Positions 18,843 to 31,512 of a DNA stretch of 32,000 bases are shown here, in pieces. The notes beneath the pieces are model-generated. The model was given only the letters and a program-made list of their open reading frames with translations. It was not told the DNA's origin and ran no database searches. The translations under genes were made by a program, and so were the position numbers. The stretch comes from Candidatus Saccharimonadota bacterium (GTDB taxonomy: Bacteria > Patescibacteriota > Gracilibacteria > BD1-5 > UBA6164). Position 1 is the first letter of the stretch. Every line of letters starts with the position of its first letter. Location: NCBI GenBank assembly GCA_004563595.2, contig CP042461.1, positions 1,311,104-1,343,103 of the forward strand. The letters run 5' to 3'.

Positions 18843-21464
18843 TTATTTTGATATATTTCTTTCAATAGCATTTAAAAAATGAGTACTATCTGAGTATTTA
18901 ATGTTTATATCTTTTGGAAAAGCTTCAAGAAAAACCTTTCCCCAATTTGTTGAATAAATTCTATCATCAATTAAAATAACAATTCATTTATCATTTTTAC
19001 TTCTTATAAGCCTTCAAAATCCTTGCTTCAGCTTTATTATTGCTTTTGGCACAGAATAATCTTTAAACGGGTCTTTAAAGAAAACACTTCTCGCCTGGAA
19101 TATTGGATCTGAAGGAACAGAAAAAGGAAATTTATGGATTACAAGGTATTTTAATTTTTCTCAAGGTATGTCAACTCATTCCCAAAAACTATCTGTTCAT
19201 AATAAAATCGAATTTTCTGGACTTTCCATAAAAAAACTCATCAGCTTTGTTTTACTTCATCAAATTGATTGGGCATATAAATTAATATCATCATGCTTTA
19301 ATTGTAAATTTAAAGCAGTGTATATTTTTCTAATGATAGAAAAACTTGTTAATAAGGTGAGTGTTTTCCCCCTTACCAAAGAATAAAATAACCCTAAAAA
19401 ATGAACCACTTCTTTTGAATTATTTTTAATACTTCACAAATTATTCGGAATAAATAATGTCGCTTGTTTATTATAGTCAAAATCACTTTCAAATGAGTAG
19501 AATTGAAATTTTTCTAAAGAAAGTAATTGAATAAAGTAATCAAAGGAATCTGATATTTTCAAGGTTGCTGAAGTGAGAATAACACTTCTCAGGTTTCACC
19601 AGAGATTATTCATTAAATAGTTCCCTGGATTTAATAATGTACAATCTAATGATACCCCTGTATTATCATGATAGTTTGCAATTTTTATGTACTCATCTTC
19701 AGAGTCCTTATTTAAAAGAATCTTTAATATGTTTAAATAACTTTGAAGTGAAGTAATTTCTTTTGTAAAATCATACTCAGATGTACATGCTAAAAAATCA
19801 ATAATATCTAAAAAGCTTAATTCAATCTTACTTTTTAACGATACAAAATCAGCCTCAGGATAAAAATCTTTTTTAATAAGAATATTTTTATATTTTTGCT
19901 CTTTTGATACCTTTCCATCAATATAACTCATTGCATAATCCATGATTAAAGCAATATGTCACAGTATTTGTTCTTTTCCATTTAAGAACTCTATTTTTTT
20001 TATATTTTTTTTATCTAAGGTATTTTCAATAAAATTAAAAATTTCTGTGATATTTTTTTCATTTATTCTTGTCTTTAATGATTCAGTTATAGAATCCTCT
20101 ATGCTATGAGCCTCGTCAATAACAAGGTTTTTAATTTTTCAAAAAATAGAGTTCTCAGATTTTAAGTCAGAAAATAATAAGCTATGGTTAATGACTACTA
20201 TATTAGAAGTTTCAACTCGTTGCCTTGCTTTAAATAAAAATTCATAATCCCTATATATATTCTTATCCGTAAGAAGAAGAGCAGAATCTGCATTTATATT
20301 TCTTAAATATCAAAATTCAGCTCAAAAATAATTTAATTCATCTAATTCTCAATATGTAGTTTCAAAAACCCAAAGAGCGATCTTAGACAAAAAATTAACT
20401 TTATAATAGTCAATTTTGTCGAGTACAATTTCGTCAAAAAACCCTTTTAAACTCATATAATTCCTTCTTCACTTTAGCTTCGTATGGTGGAAATCAAATC
20501 AAATATTATCTTCTAAAAAAGAAAGGTCTTTATAAAAAAGTTGGTCTTGTAATGTCTTTGTTTTTGTTGAAATAAAGACTTTTTCTCATGTTTTTACAGA
20601 ATGAAGTATAGAAGGAATTAGGTATGCAAAACTTTTTCATAATCCTGTTGGAGCTTCAATAACAGATTTATTTCACTTTTTCATTGTTTCAAAAACAATT
20701 TTTGTCATCTCAAGTTGATTTTCTCTCTTTTCTACCGTTCCTAAGTTTTCATAGATACTTTCCAGTCACTTAATTTTTAATTTTTTGTCTACAATTAAAT
20801 CCTTTATTTCTATTAGTTTTCATACTTTTTTTAATATTTGCTTTTCAAACGATTCAAAAATAATTGATTCTACATCCTCACTTAATAAATAATCTATCCG
20901 GTAATCTATATTCTGGTCTTCAGAAAGCTCAAAAATATACTTTAATATTTTTTTCTTTGTAACAGATAACTTTTTAAATTTCCCTGTAAGTTTTTCAAAT
21001 AGTCTGATAGTTGCCATTACATCATTTAATGCTCTATGAGCTCAAGAAAATGGAACATTAAATGAGCGACATAACATTTCTAAATTTAATGATTTTTCAT
21101 GAAAACAAAGCATATTTGCTAGAAAAAAAGTATCTAATACTATATTTTCTCGTACATTTATTCCTTTTTCTATAAAAAAGTCCCTATCAAAAAAAACATT
21201 ATGTCACAATAAGGGGGTATTTCATATAAATGCTAGAATATCCTTTTTCAGTTCATCTAATACAGGGGCTCCTTCTACATCGCTATCAAATATATTTGTA
21301 ATATTTGATATCAATTCTGGAATTGGAACTCATGGATTTACAAGTGATGAAAAGGTATCTAAAATTTTATAGGTTTTCTCATCAAACTTTACTAATGCGA
21401 TTTCTATTATTTCATCGTTGTATCTATCTAAACCTGTTGTTTCTAAATCAAAAGCTATTATCAT
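18843..21464 (-). CDS. dinG: DinG-family ATP-dependent helicase with an N-terminal DnaQ-like 3'-5' exonuclease domain
   Basis: 873 aa. Exonuclease motifs: MIIAFDLETTGL (Exo I), LLGHNVFFDRDF (Exo II), AHRALNDVMAT (Exo III). Helicase motif I: VIEAPTGLGKSFAYLIPS. Track ORFs 20820-21017 and 19596-19943 are in frame. No in-frame TAA/TAG. Confidence 0.9.
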
Positions 21465-21535
21465 TTTTTAAAATAATGTTGAATAAAGTATTCTCTTTGA
21501 TATAATAATAAATATTAAAGATTAACAAAAATTAA

Positions 21536-22213
21536 ATGAAAAAAATAATACTTTCCATTATTTTTCTGATATTTTTTTCAAGTATTCATTCTGTTTATAC
21601 TGCGGAAAGTATAGAGAATAGAGGCTCTTCATATAAACTAGGTTTTGATACTGATCAAATTTCACTCATTGAGGAATATCTCATAACTCACAAGCGTAAG
21701 ATTGAACTTTTTGCTCAAAAGTATGAAATTAAAAGTAATTCCGAATTTAATGCCCTTTTTAATGATATCTGAGATATGATCTATATCTTAAAAAAAATAC
21801 AAGAAAATAATATAGCCCCTGAAAAGTCAAAAGAAATCCTGAAAAAAATTGTAACAAAAATTAAAGTTACAAATGATAGACTCAAAGTATTATTAAAGAA
21901 TCAAAAAGAGCTTTTCGAAAAAAAACTTAAATGAAAAAAGTCTTCATACGTTAGGTTAGGAACAAAAGTTGGATCTCAATTAGATAAAATAATTGTAAGC
22001 TTTGCTGTCTCTATTAAATCAAAAAGACTTGAAAATTCTCAAAAACGAATCATTATTCATCATCTCATAGAGTTAGAAAAATATAGTAAAAGACTCAAAA
22101 ATTTTAAAAATGTGCAGTTTCAAAATGAAAAAGAGCTAAAAATATGATTTATCCGAATCCTAAAAGACATTAAAAAAGAAATGATTTGAATAAAAGAATC
22201 TTTAAAAAAATAA
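21536..22213 (+). CDS. Secreted K-rich hypothetical protein (225 aa)
   Basis: Signal peptide MKKIILSIIFLIFFSSIHSVYTA. Track ORF 21536-21772 continues through four TGA codons to the TAA at 22211-22213. The protein is predicted helical and K/E/L-rich. Confidence 0.7.
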
Positions 22214-22241
22214 AACTACAGATAAGCTTATCTGTAGTTTT
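22212..22241. terminator. Perfect 30-bp palindrome acting as a bidirectional terminator between convergent genes
   Basis: AAAACTACAGATAAGCTTATCTGTAGTTTT, centred on AAGCTT. It overlaps both stop codons. Confidence 0.75.
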
Positions 22242-22947
22242 ATTTTAAATCTATCCTATTAAATAACTCATTTTTTTCAGAAGATGAAAGATGTTTGTAC
22301 TCTCATGACTTCAGGCTTCATAGTTCTATATTTTCAATTCTAATTCTTTTTAATTTCTTTACTTTTGCTCAGACTTTTTCAACCATTCTTCTTATTTGTC
22401 TATTCTTTCATTCTGTAAGAACGATAGTAAAGGTCCCTGATGATACTCTTTTTATTTTTACCTCTTTTGTATAAGATCATAAAATGAGCATTGATTTTTT
22501 CATTTTATCTAATTCACTATCCATAATTGGTCAGAAAACTTCAACAAGGTACTCTTTTTCATGACCATATCTTGGATGGATGAGATAATTAGTAAGCCTT
22601 CCATCATTTGTCATCAGAATAAGTCCATCACTTTCTTTATCCAACCTTCATATAGGAAAAATTCTTTCTTTGACATCCATTATGTCAACAATATTTTTAT
22701 CTCACCATTCAGCACAAGTCGATACTATTCCTCTTGGTTTATTTAATTTATAATAGACTAAATCTTTCTGTTCTTTAATAGCCACATCTTTCATCTCCAC
22801 CTTGTCTGTATCTGGATCAACTGATTGTCCAATCTTAGCTACTTCTCAATTTACTTTTACCAGTCACCTTTCTATATAATCTTCTGCCTTTCTACGAGAA
22901 CATATTCCAGCTTGAGACATATATTTTTGTAATCTCATTTTATCCAT
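22240..22947 (-). CDS. RsuA/RluB-family rRNA pseudouridine synthase with an N-terminal S4 domain
   Basis: 235 aa: MDKMRLQKYMSQAGICSRRKAEDYIERGLVKVNGE (S4 domain), YYKLNKPRGIVST, catalytic GRLDKESDGLILMTNDG, LTEGKNRQIRRM. Confidence 0.85.
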
Positions 22948-23240
22948 TATAAGTTATTGTAATAATTTAAATAATACTCTGCCTCAAAATAATTCACTTT
23001 TTTTCTGTTACAACTCCAACTTTTAACTGTGTTCTCTCTTACATTTAATTCTGTGTTTCATATCTCGCAGACCAGACTATCTTTACAATCTGCCATTTTT
23101 ACAAGAGTTTGCCTCGCTTCTTCATCTCAGATTCATCAATATCAGTTACAAAAATTTGTAAAAAAGAATGTGTACATTATCAAATAGAGTATATAAGATA
23201 GTACTCAAATGATTATAAAAATTTCAAAATATCTTTTCAT
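22947..23240 (-). CDS. Small membrane protein (97 aa), hypothetical
   Basis: MKRYFEIFIIIGVLSYILYLIMYTFFF (TM segment), then a Cys-containing tail. Its TAA overlaps the downstream ATG (TAATG), and it starts 3 nt after the murB stop. The open frame sits inside a tight operon. Confidence 0.55.
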
Positions 23241-23243
23241 AGC

Positions 23244-24128
23244 CTACTTGTTACGGATAATCCTCACCTCTGGTTCCAATATTATATTATACTTATCTTT
23301 CACTATTTTTTGAGCATATTCAATAAGAGATAATAAATCTTTGTATGATGCTGTATCATCACTCATTAAAAAATTTGCATGCAATTCAGAAAAAAAAGCT
23401 CCTCATATCTTATATCATTTTAATCAACTTTCTTCAATTAACCTTCCTGCAGTATACTCCCTTGAAGGATTTTTAAAAAATGAGCCACAGGTATTTCATT
23501 TTGGTTGTTTATGTTCCCTAAAGTAAATATTATCTACATTAGAAGCATATTTTTCAACTTTTTTTGAAAGGTCAAAATAAGCTTTAATAAGAAAATATTG
23601 TCATGTAGTCTTTAATATACTATTACGATAAGAAAAGTCCATTTCATTTTTAGACAATAGTTTTATTATTCAATTTTCGAGATCAAAAACTTCAGCATTT
23701 ATAAAATTATTTTCTATTTCTAAGCCAAAACATCAAGCATTTCAAAATACAGCTCCTCATATAGACCCTGGAAGTCAAATAAATCTATGCCAGAGATTCT
23801 GCTCATGATGGTCTTCTAACTCTTGGGCTATATTAGATATAACTGATGAAGAATAAGATTCTAGTATTTGTGTCTCTTTATTATAATCCCATCATCTAAG
23901 ACTATTTTTAATGATAAGTCCATTAAACTTTTCAAAAGCAAATAATAGATTTGTCCCTCATCAAATAAAAAGATGATCTATATTTTTTTCTTTGATAAAA
24001 TCAAAAATATCTCATAGCTTATTTACATCGTTTTGACAGGATATTTCAAAAAAGTACCTTGTTATAGCTCTTGTTTTAAAGTTAGACAATTCAGATATGT
24101 CTACATTTTCTCTTAATGTATCGATCAT
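23244..24128 (-). CDS. murB: UDP-N-acetylenolpyruvoylglucosamine reductase
   Basis: 294 aa: FIGGGTNLL, GLPGSIGGAVFGNAGCFG, FSYRNS, CGSFFKNP, AGRLIEESGLKGYKIGGAFFSELHANF. Confidence 0.9.
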
Positions 24129-24134
24129 ATATAA

Positions 24135-26951
24135 TTATTTACTTAAGTATTTTTTTATAGCATCAGCTGTATAACTCTTTTTGAGATTTTTAATCTCATC
24201 AATAGTTCATGCTCATAATAACTCTCATCATGCATCTCATCATTCAAGTCATATGTCTATTATATAATCTGCATTTAATATAACATCCATATTGTGCTCA
24301 ATCACAAGTACACTATTCCCTTTATCAACTAATGAATGAAGAATAGTTAATAACCTATTTACATCTTGAAAATGAAGCCCTGTTGTTGGCTCATCAAGGA
24401 TGTAAAAAGTTTTTGTAGTGGATCTCTTTGATAACTCCGTAGCAAGCTTAATCCTCTGTGCTTCTCATCATGACAAGGTAATGCTTGACTGTCAAAGTTT
24501 AATATATCAAAGTCATACTTTATCTAATATTTGAATTACTTTTATAATTTTTGGGTGATTCGAGAAAAAATCAAGTGATTCTTCTATCGTCATCTCTAAA
24601 ATATCAGATATCGTTTTTCATTTATATTTAATTTGAAGAGTTTCCCTATTATACCTTTTCCCTCAGCACTCCTCACACTCAACATAGACGGGTGGAAGAA
24701 AATGCATTTCAATTTTTTTCACACCATCTCACTCACAATGTTCACACCTTCATTGTTTTGTATTAAAACTAAATCTCCCCGGTCCATATCATCTTATTTG
24801 AGCCTCACTCGTTTGAGCAAAAACTTCTCTTATAGGTGTAAACACTCCTGTATAAGTTGCGGGGTTACTACGTGGGGTTTTTCATATAGGAGATTGATCT
24901 ATAACCACTGTCTTATCAAGATGTTCCAGTCATTTTATTTCTTTTACTTGTCCAACTTGTCTTTTTGCTCTGTTTAAGTTATTCAGTAAATAATTTGCCA
25001 ATATATCATTTACAAGACTAGATTTCCCACTTCATGAAACCCCAGTTACAACAACAAAATTTGAAAAAGGAATAGAAACATCGATATTTTTTAAATTATT
25101 TTGTGCTGCTCAAATTATTTCGAGATACTTGTCTACCTTTCTTTCTTTTCTATCTATTATCATTCCATTGTTTCACTTTAAATAGGCTCAGGTGATTGAA
25201 TCCTTATTTTTTACTAACTCTTCTAATGTTCATTCTGCAATTATATTTCAACCATGAATTCAAGCTCATGGTCATATATCAATAATATAATCTGATTCCC
25301 TCATTATGTCTTCATCATGCTCTACAATAATAAGAGTGTTTCATATATCTCTCAATTTTTTTAAGTTCTCTATCAACATATTATTATCTCTTGGATGGAG
25401 TCAAATAGATGGTTCGTCTAAGACATATATGATTCATTCTAGTTTTGTTCCTATTTGTGTTGCTAACCTAATTCTTTGAGCTTCTCAACCTGAAAGAGTC
25501 CCTGCTTTTCTTGAAATAGTCATATAGTGTAATCCAACTCAAGTCAAAAATTCTAATCTTTCAATCGCATTTTTAAGAACTTTTTTCACTATTTTTCACT
25601 CAGAGCTAGAGAGGTTTAAATTATTCAAAAAAATCAATGATTTATCAATCGACAGCTCTGATAACTCTCAAATGTTTTGCCCCTTTAAAAATACAGATAA
25701 ACTTTCTCTATTCAATCTATATCCATCACATATTTGACACTGCATATCTACAACATACTCATCATAATTTCATTTGTCTGCTCAACTATCGAAATATCTC
25801 CTAGTAAGGGTGTTTATAACTCACTCAAATTTTGAATTATAAGTCTTTTTTTCTCAATATTCATTTTCGAAATTTACTTTATATTGTATATCTCATGTTC
25901 AATAGAGAATAATATTTTTTTCTTTTTGGCTTAAAAGAGAATATGTAATATTGAGGTTAATTTTTTTCTTTTTTGCAATTTCTTCTAATAAGGCAAAGAA
26001 ATAATTTCACCCAAACCCGGGAGCTTTTACTGCTCATTCGAGAAGCGTAAGATTAAAGTTTATTATTTTTTCTTCTAAAAATATCTTCTTTACTCCGAGT
26101 CAATGACATTCTCCACACGCTCATGCATGAGAATTAAATGAAAAGCTTGAGATGCTCAGCTCTGCAGGAATGTGTCCACAGCCAGAACATACAAATATAT
26201 TAGAAAATCCTTTTTTTTCTTTTCAGATGATATCAATTCCTATTTGTCATTTTCCTACTTTATAAGCAAGTTCCAGACTATCTTTTAGCCTTTTTGTATC
26301 AGATGAGTCATCATCCGTAAAATCCCTTATAACTAACCTGTCTAGAATAATATCTACTGAATCAATATTATCTATTTCAACATCATCATTGATAGTGTAA
26401 GTTTTATCAGCAATAGCGAACCTAATAAATCAAAGATTTAGTAATTCTTTTTTAATTGACGCAAGGTCTTTGAATGGTCACTTTATTCATGCTGTAATGA
26501 TAAACTTATCTCATGATTTAAATGAAGATAAAAAACCAATAATGTCTAAAATCGAATCTTTCTTTACTATTGTATCACAATTTACACACTTTCTTTCTCA
26601 TACATTTAAAAAGAGAAGTTTATAATAGTCATAAATTTCTGTGATCGTTCATACGGTTGATCTTGGATTTCTACTGGTTGTTTTTTGATCAATTGAAATC
26701 GTTGGTGAGAGTCATTTGATTTCATCAACCTCTGCTTCTTCTTTCATTCCACCGATGAACATACGTGCATAACTTGAAAGACTTTCTAAATACTTCTGTT
26801 GTCATACAGAATAAATAGTATTAAAAGCCAAAGAAGATTTTCAAGATCCTGATAGTCATGTAATAACTGTCATTTTATTCTTTGGAATTTTTACATCAAT
26901 ATTTTTCAAATTGTGTGTACGTGCCCCATATACCTCTAAAAACTCTGACAT
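24135..26951 (-). CDS. uvrA: Excinuclease ABC subunit A
   Basis: 938 aa: [47 protein letters not shown], zinc modules CxxC (CVNC, CSGCGH, CGEC), and second ABC signature [15 protein letters not shown]...[11 protein letters not shown]. The whole frame was checked and has no in-frame TAA/TAG. Confidence 0.95.
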
Positions 26952-27010
26952 TTTCTATAAAAAATTAACTGAATAAATGTATTTAAAATACGACCTATCT
27001 ATTGTAAGCA

Positions 27011-27052
27011 AAAAAAAATATATTCAAAGATTTTTTTGAATATATTTTTTTT
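27011..27052. terminator. AT-rich hairpin terminator after comFC
   Basis: AAAAAAAATATATTCAAA (27011-27028) pairs with TTTGAATATATTTTTTTT (27035-27052). Confidence 0.55.
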
Positions 27053-27749
27053 AATCAGATGCAATCACTAATCATATAACTTCTTTCACTCCATTTTCTT
27101 TCAGTAATTTAGAAATCACATCAATTGTAGTTCCTGTTGAAATAACATCATCAACAAGAATAACTTTTATATTGTCGAGTTTGTCTACATACTTTTTATT
27201 TATTTTAAAGGCTTTTTCTAAATTAAAATGTCTTACTTTCTTTGAAAGCTTACTTTGTTGTCTAGTATTTTTTACTCTTTTAAGCAGTTTTTTTTCATAA
27301 TCTATTTTGAGTTTATCAGATATGTATCCTGATAGAATATCACTCTGATTATAACCTCTTTTTAACTTTCTGGTAAAGAACATTGGAACTGATAGAATGA
27401 TATAATCATCTTTATTCGCATATGTTTCATTTTTTATAAATACTTTTGTCAGATATCTTGCAAAATCTTCAAATATATCTTTTTTATGATAAAATTTTGC
27501 GTCTTTTATGAGTTTTTGTATTACTTCATTACTATAATGAGTCAAAATAATAACTTTATCATAAAATACATCTCATGTGCATCACCCGTGAAGTCAAAAA
27601 TTTTCTGAAGGTCCTTTGCAGATATAACACATTGGATTAAAATTATGTTGCATTCTAAAACAGCCTAAACATAAAAAATGTCATTCTTCGTGACAAGAAT
27701 AACATTTTTTAGGAGCAATAATATCTTTAATAAGTTTTATAATTTTCAT
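27051..27749 (-). CDS. comFC: ComF-family phosphoribosyltransferase-domain competence protein (ComFC)
   Basis: 232 aa. N-terminal Cys clusters: CYSCHEEGHFLCLGC...CYIC. C-terminal PRTase motif: VILVDDVISTGTTI. Contains track ORF 27072-27545, extended through a TGA at both ends. Confidence 0.8.
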
Positions 27750-27750
27750 A

Positions 27751-29151
27751 CTACATGTTTAAGAACATTTTTGATAAACTATCTACTCAAAACCCTGTAG
27801 TTCATTTTGCAAATAACCCATATGGTTCATAGGTATTATTTGCTACTCATGCAATATCTATATGGGTAAATTTTTCATTATTATCAAGGAAATGATATAT
27901 GAATGCTCCTCACATAGTAGATCCTGAATATATTCACTTTGTCCAGTTATCAAGATCTGCAATTTCTGATTTACACTTCTCAACAAAATAATGATCAAAA
28001 GGAAATTCGGAATATTTTTCAAAGTCTGTTTTTGATTTTTTTAATAATTCATCAATTACCTTTCTGTCTGTTCACATGATTCCAGCATACCTATATCCAA
28101 GTGCAAAAAGTGCGACTCAAGTGAGGGTTGCTATTGTCATCATATTATCGATTTTATAATTTTTTGAAAGGTATGAAACACCATCTGCTAAAATAAGTCT
28201 TCATTCAGCATCTGTGTTCGTGATATTGACTGTTTTTCATGAATATGACGTTAGTATATCTGAAGGTCTATAAGATTCAGCAGAGACGAAATTTTCAGCC
28301 ATTGGGATACATGCAATAATATTTACTTTGATTTTTTTCTCATCGAGTTCTTTCATGATAGCATATACTTGGGCTGCTCAGCACATATCATCTTTCATAT
28401 CGTACATCATCTGTGTTTTTATATCGAGTCAACCACTATCAAAAACAATTCATTTTCAAACAAACCCAAAAGTTGGAGCTTTTTTGTCCACAATTCTTTC
28501 CAAAATGACCATATGAGGTTTATTTGCGCTTCATTTTCATACAGCATGTAAAAGTCCAAGTCATTTTTTCTCTATATCTTTTGGTGAAAATACTTTTACT
28601 TTTGTATTTTTCCACTTTGTTTTTTTGATTATTTTTGCAAAATTCTCAGGACTCAAATCACAAGCAGGAGTTTCTCATAGATTTCTTGCAAGAATAATAT
28701 TCTCAAGAGTTGAAAGCCTTTCATTTACTACTTTGTTTTGTTTTTTATCTATAAAAATATTAAGAACACTCTCTTCCTTTTTTGATTTATAAGTCTCAAA
28801 TTTATATCTTGAAAGAATACACGTATCTATAATATTCAGTAGGTTTTTATCGTTATTTGAACAAATCGTTAGATTATTTGGAAGAGATGGAAGCTCTTTT
28901 CATAAAAATTCAATAAGCGTTTCGTTTCCTTTTTTTGAATAATATAAAATAAATATATTTTCAAAATGTTTCTCTCAGAGAAAAAATTGTAACTTTATAT
29001 TTTTTTCTTCTGAAATAACTTCTTTAATTTTTATGAGAATCTTCTCATCTATTTTTAGGCTATTTAGAGCTCATAAATCTGAATTTTTTTCAACTAAATA
29101 AACGAAATTAGATTTTTTAATATCTCAAATTTTATTTTTTATTTGTATCAT
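27751..29151 (-). CDS. pepA: Leucyl aminopeptidase (M17 family)
   Basis: 466 aa: VGKGIVFDSGGLDIK, MKDDMCGAA, NTDAEGRLILADG, IDIAGVA. Its stop lies 1 nt before the comFC ATG. Confidence 0.9.
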
Positions 29152-29187
29152 ATTTTTATAAATCAAAAAGTATTATTTAGATAATAT

Positions 29188-29832
29188 TTAATAATCAAAG
29201 AATTCAAAATATAAAATATAGAATACATAAAATAAGATTAAAACTGAAAATAGGAGTGAAACATAGTTTTTAAAATTCTTAAAAAAAAGAATATTAAATA
29301 TTATAGAGTAAAATAAAATTCAAAGAATAACCAAGTTGGTTCCATTTAAAAATATATCTAAAATTCAAAATATTGAAGAAAAATATAAAAATAATAATGA
29401 AAGATACTTGAGCTGTTTCCTTATTGATTTTGGCTTATTAAATATACTTATACTAAGTAATCAATAATATATACAAAATGAAATTATAAATGAGATAATT
29501 GAAAAGTAATATATATTAAATGAAAAAATATATAATAAAATATAAAATGAAAAGAAAAAAAACGAATAAGATAGTAATGCAGAGTTCTCTTTTAAAAAAC
29601 TCTCACTTTTTAGGTTTTCTCTTTTTTCTTTTTTAAAATCTGTAAAATACAGTAAGAATAAAAATCAAAGAATAAAGAATGTAATTGAAGTAATTCGTAG
29701 ATCAAAATATATACTTTGTAGATCATAGTTATTCACTGACTGGAAGAGAATACTTCATCCTACAGATAAACTATAAAATATATAAAAAATGAGGGAATAT
29801 ATGAGGGAAATAGTGAAAAGTAATAATCTCAT
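29188..29832 (-). CDS. Polytopic integral membrane protein (214 aa), hypothetical
   Basis: ATG at 29830-29832, frame open to the TAA at 29188-29190. Very hydrophobic and F/I/L/Y-rich, with about 6 predicted TM segments (MRLLLFTISLIYSLIFYIFYSLSVGG...). Confidence 0.55.
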
Positions 29833-29846
29833 TAGAAGCCTGGAGA

Positions 29847-30788
29847 TTAAAAATTAATTAATCAAAATATAATAATAAAAACAAAAAATACAATGTTTAA
29901 AATGAAATTTAAAAATTTAAGCTTAAAATGCATCGAGAAATAAATAAATAATGTTATCACGAAAAAGAAAAGTCATTGATAATTAAACCTTATTTGATTT
30001 ATGTATAAATCCTCTGAACCAAGATAAAATCTTGTATATACAAATATGATAAAAATAATAGAATAACAAATCAATATAAAGAAAACATATGATCGAATAG
30101 CAAAAACTATTTTTTCAATTCTTTCAATCATTTTTATATATCATTTAACTATTGATGTATAAGAGAAGTTGAGGCCTTTTTGCTTTGCTTCAAATAAAGA
30201 AATATTTTGTTGTATTACTTTTCTTTTCAAGAAAATATCATCTCTTTTTTTCGTAGAAATAGAAATCATAAAAATACGTTTTATAATTTCCTTTGTATTT
30301 TTTTTAAGTTTTTCTTTATACTTTTTTAGTAAAAGTTCCGTTTTAATATATGAATGTGAGCTCCTATCGACAACCTTTTTCTTTTCTTTTTCTTTCTCTT
30401 TTAAATTTTCAAAAAAATGACTTATTCAAGAAAAAAATGATGAAACCAAAAAATTAATATCTCTTCATTTTTCAATAAACTGCTTTGAGGATCATATATC
30501 TTTTAGCAATTTATTTGTCTGTTTTAATAGTTTTTTTGATTTTAATGTTTTTGTTTCTTCTAGCTCCCTCAGTTCCAGTATTCAAATTTTTAAAAGTGCT
30601 AACTCTCATACTTCTTTTATTTTTGAAATATTTGTGGATTTTTTTATTTTAATAATTGAATTATATACTTTTTTTAATTTTTCTTTTTGTTCAATATCTA
30701 GATGAGAAATTTCTCACCTATCAATAAGGTTTAATAGTTTATCTAAAACAAAGTCTATTAATTTATAAACATCATCTAACTCCTTTTT
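29847..30788 (-). CDS. Distal 313 codons of a 463-codon reading frame: K/E-rich coiled-coil region plus C-terminal TM segments. No canonical start codon near its 5' end
   Basis: Same frame as 30789-31238, separated only by the TAA at 30789-30791. Open for 313 sense codons in AT-rich DNA. The first TTG is at 30509 and the first ATG at 30269. The C-terminus MIERIEKIVFAIRSYVFFILICYSIIFIIFVY... is membrane-spanning. Confidence 0.5.
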
Positions 30789-31238
30789 TAAATAAAAATT
30801 TTCATGATTTTCTTTTTTTTCTTGTTTTTTAATGTTTTTTTCAACTGATTTTCACTTTTTTTCTAATTTTTTAAATCATACAAAGATTTCATACTCTGCT
30901 TCCAGGTCTTTTATAATCTTCTCTTTTCATTCATCTGTTATATTTTCTTCATCTTGATCATATAATATATTTACTCTATATTCTAAGTCTTTTCTTAGTT
31001 TTAAATAAATTTTAAAAATGTCATCTCAAATAATTTTTCATTTTTTTATTTCACCATTTTTTTCTCCCTCAAAAATAAATTTATGCCCCAAGCTATGTTC
31101 TCATGATACTTCGTTTATACTTAAAATAGAGTATCATTCTTGATGAACCCTATCTCTCGCATTTTTTTCATTTTCAGAACTCAAGAGAAGTGTAAACTTC
31201 TTTTGATTCTTACTCACTGCTATTTTAAACTTTTTCAT
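30789..31238 (-). CDS. Hypothetical protein (149 aa as written) with an N-terminal motif resembling the N-terminus of GspF/PilC-family proteins
   Basis: ATG 31236-31238. MKKFKIAVSKNQKKFTLLLSSENEKNARDRVHQEGYSILSINEVS resembles the F-x-Y-x-A...G-x-x-x-G...L...G motif at GspF N-termini. It ends at the TAA at 30789-30791, inside a K-rich stretch between two A6 tracts. Confidence 0.5.
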
Positions 31239-31259
31239 ATCCGAACAATTGGTGTAATA

Positions 31260-31508
31260 TTAAACTATTTCACTTTTTGGTACTTTTGCTTCTAATGCAG
31301 CCATAAAATCAATTCATTGTTCTCCAAAATTTTTAGTAAAACAATTATTTAATCTCTCACAGCATTTTTCTGTAGATTTTTTATCTAAGCTAGAAAACCT
31401 ATCTTCTAGTCTTTGAAATAAAACAGACTCTTTATTTTCTGGATTTGTTAATTTATTTAATGCATCATTAATATTAATTGATGATAGCGTTAATTCAACA
31501 TTTTTCAT
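31260..31508 (-). CDS. Small hypothetical protein (82 aa)
   Basis: Track ORF 31314-31508 extended through a TGA to the TAA at 31260-31262: MKNVELTLSSININDALNKL...CCERLNNCFTKNFGEQGIDFMAALEAKVPKSEIV. Confidence 0.5.
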
Positions 31509-31512
31509 GAAA

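Noticed and set aside
30768-30791. AAAAAAGGAGG just after the in-frame TAA, considered as a ribosome-binding site for an independent downstream gene.
   Set aside because: The ATGs 4 and 7 nt downstream are out of frame and hit a TAA after five codons. The long open frame has no ATG, GTG or TTG for about 90 codons. SD motifs are not used upstream of other genes here.
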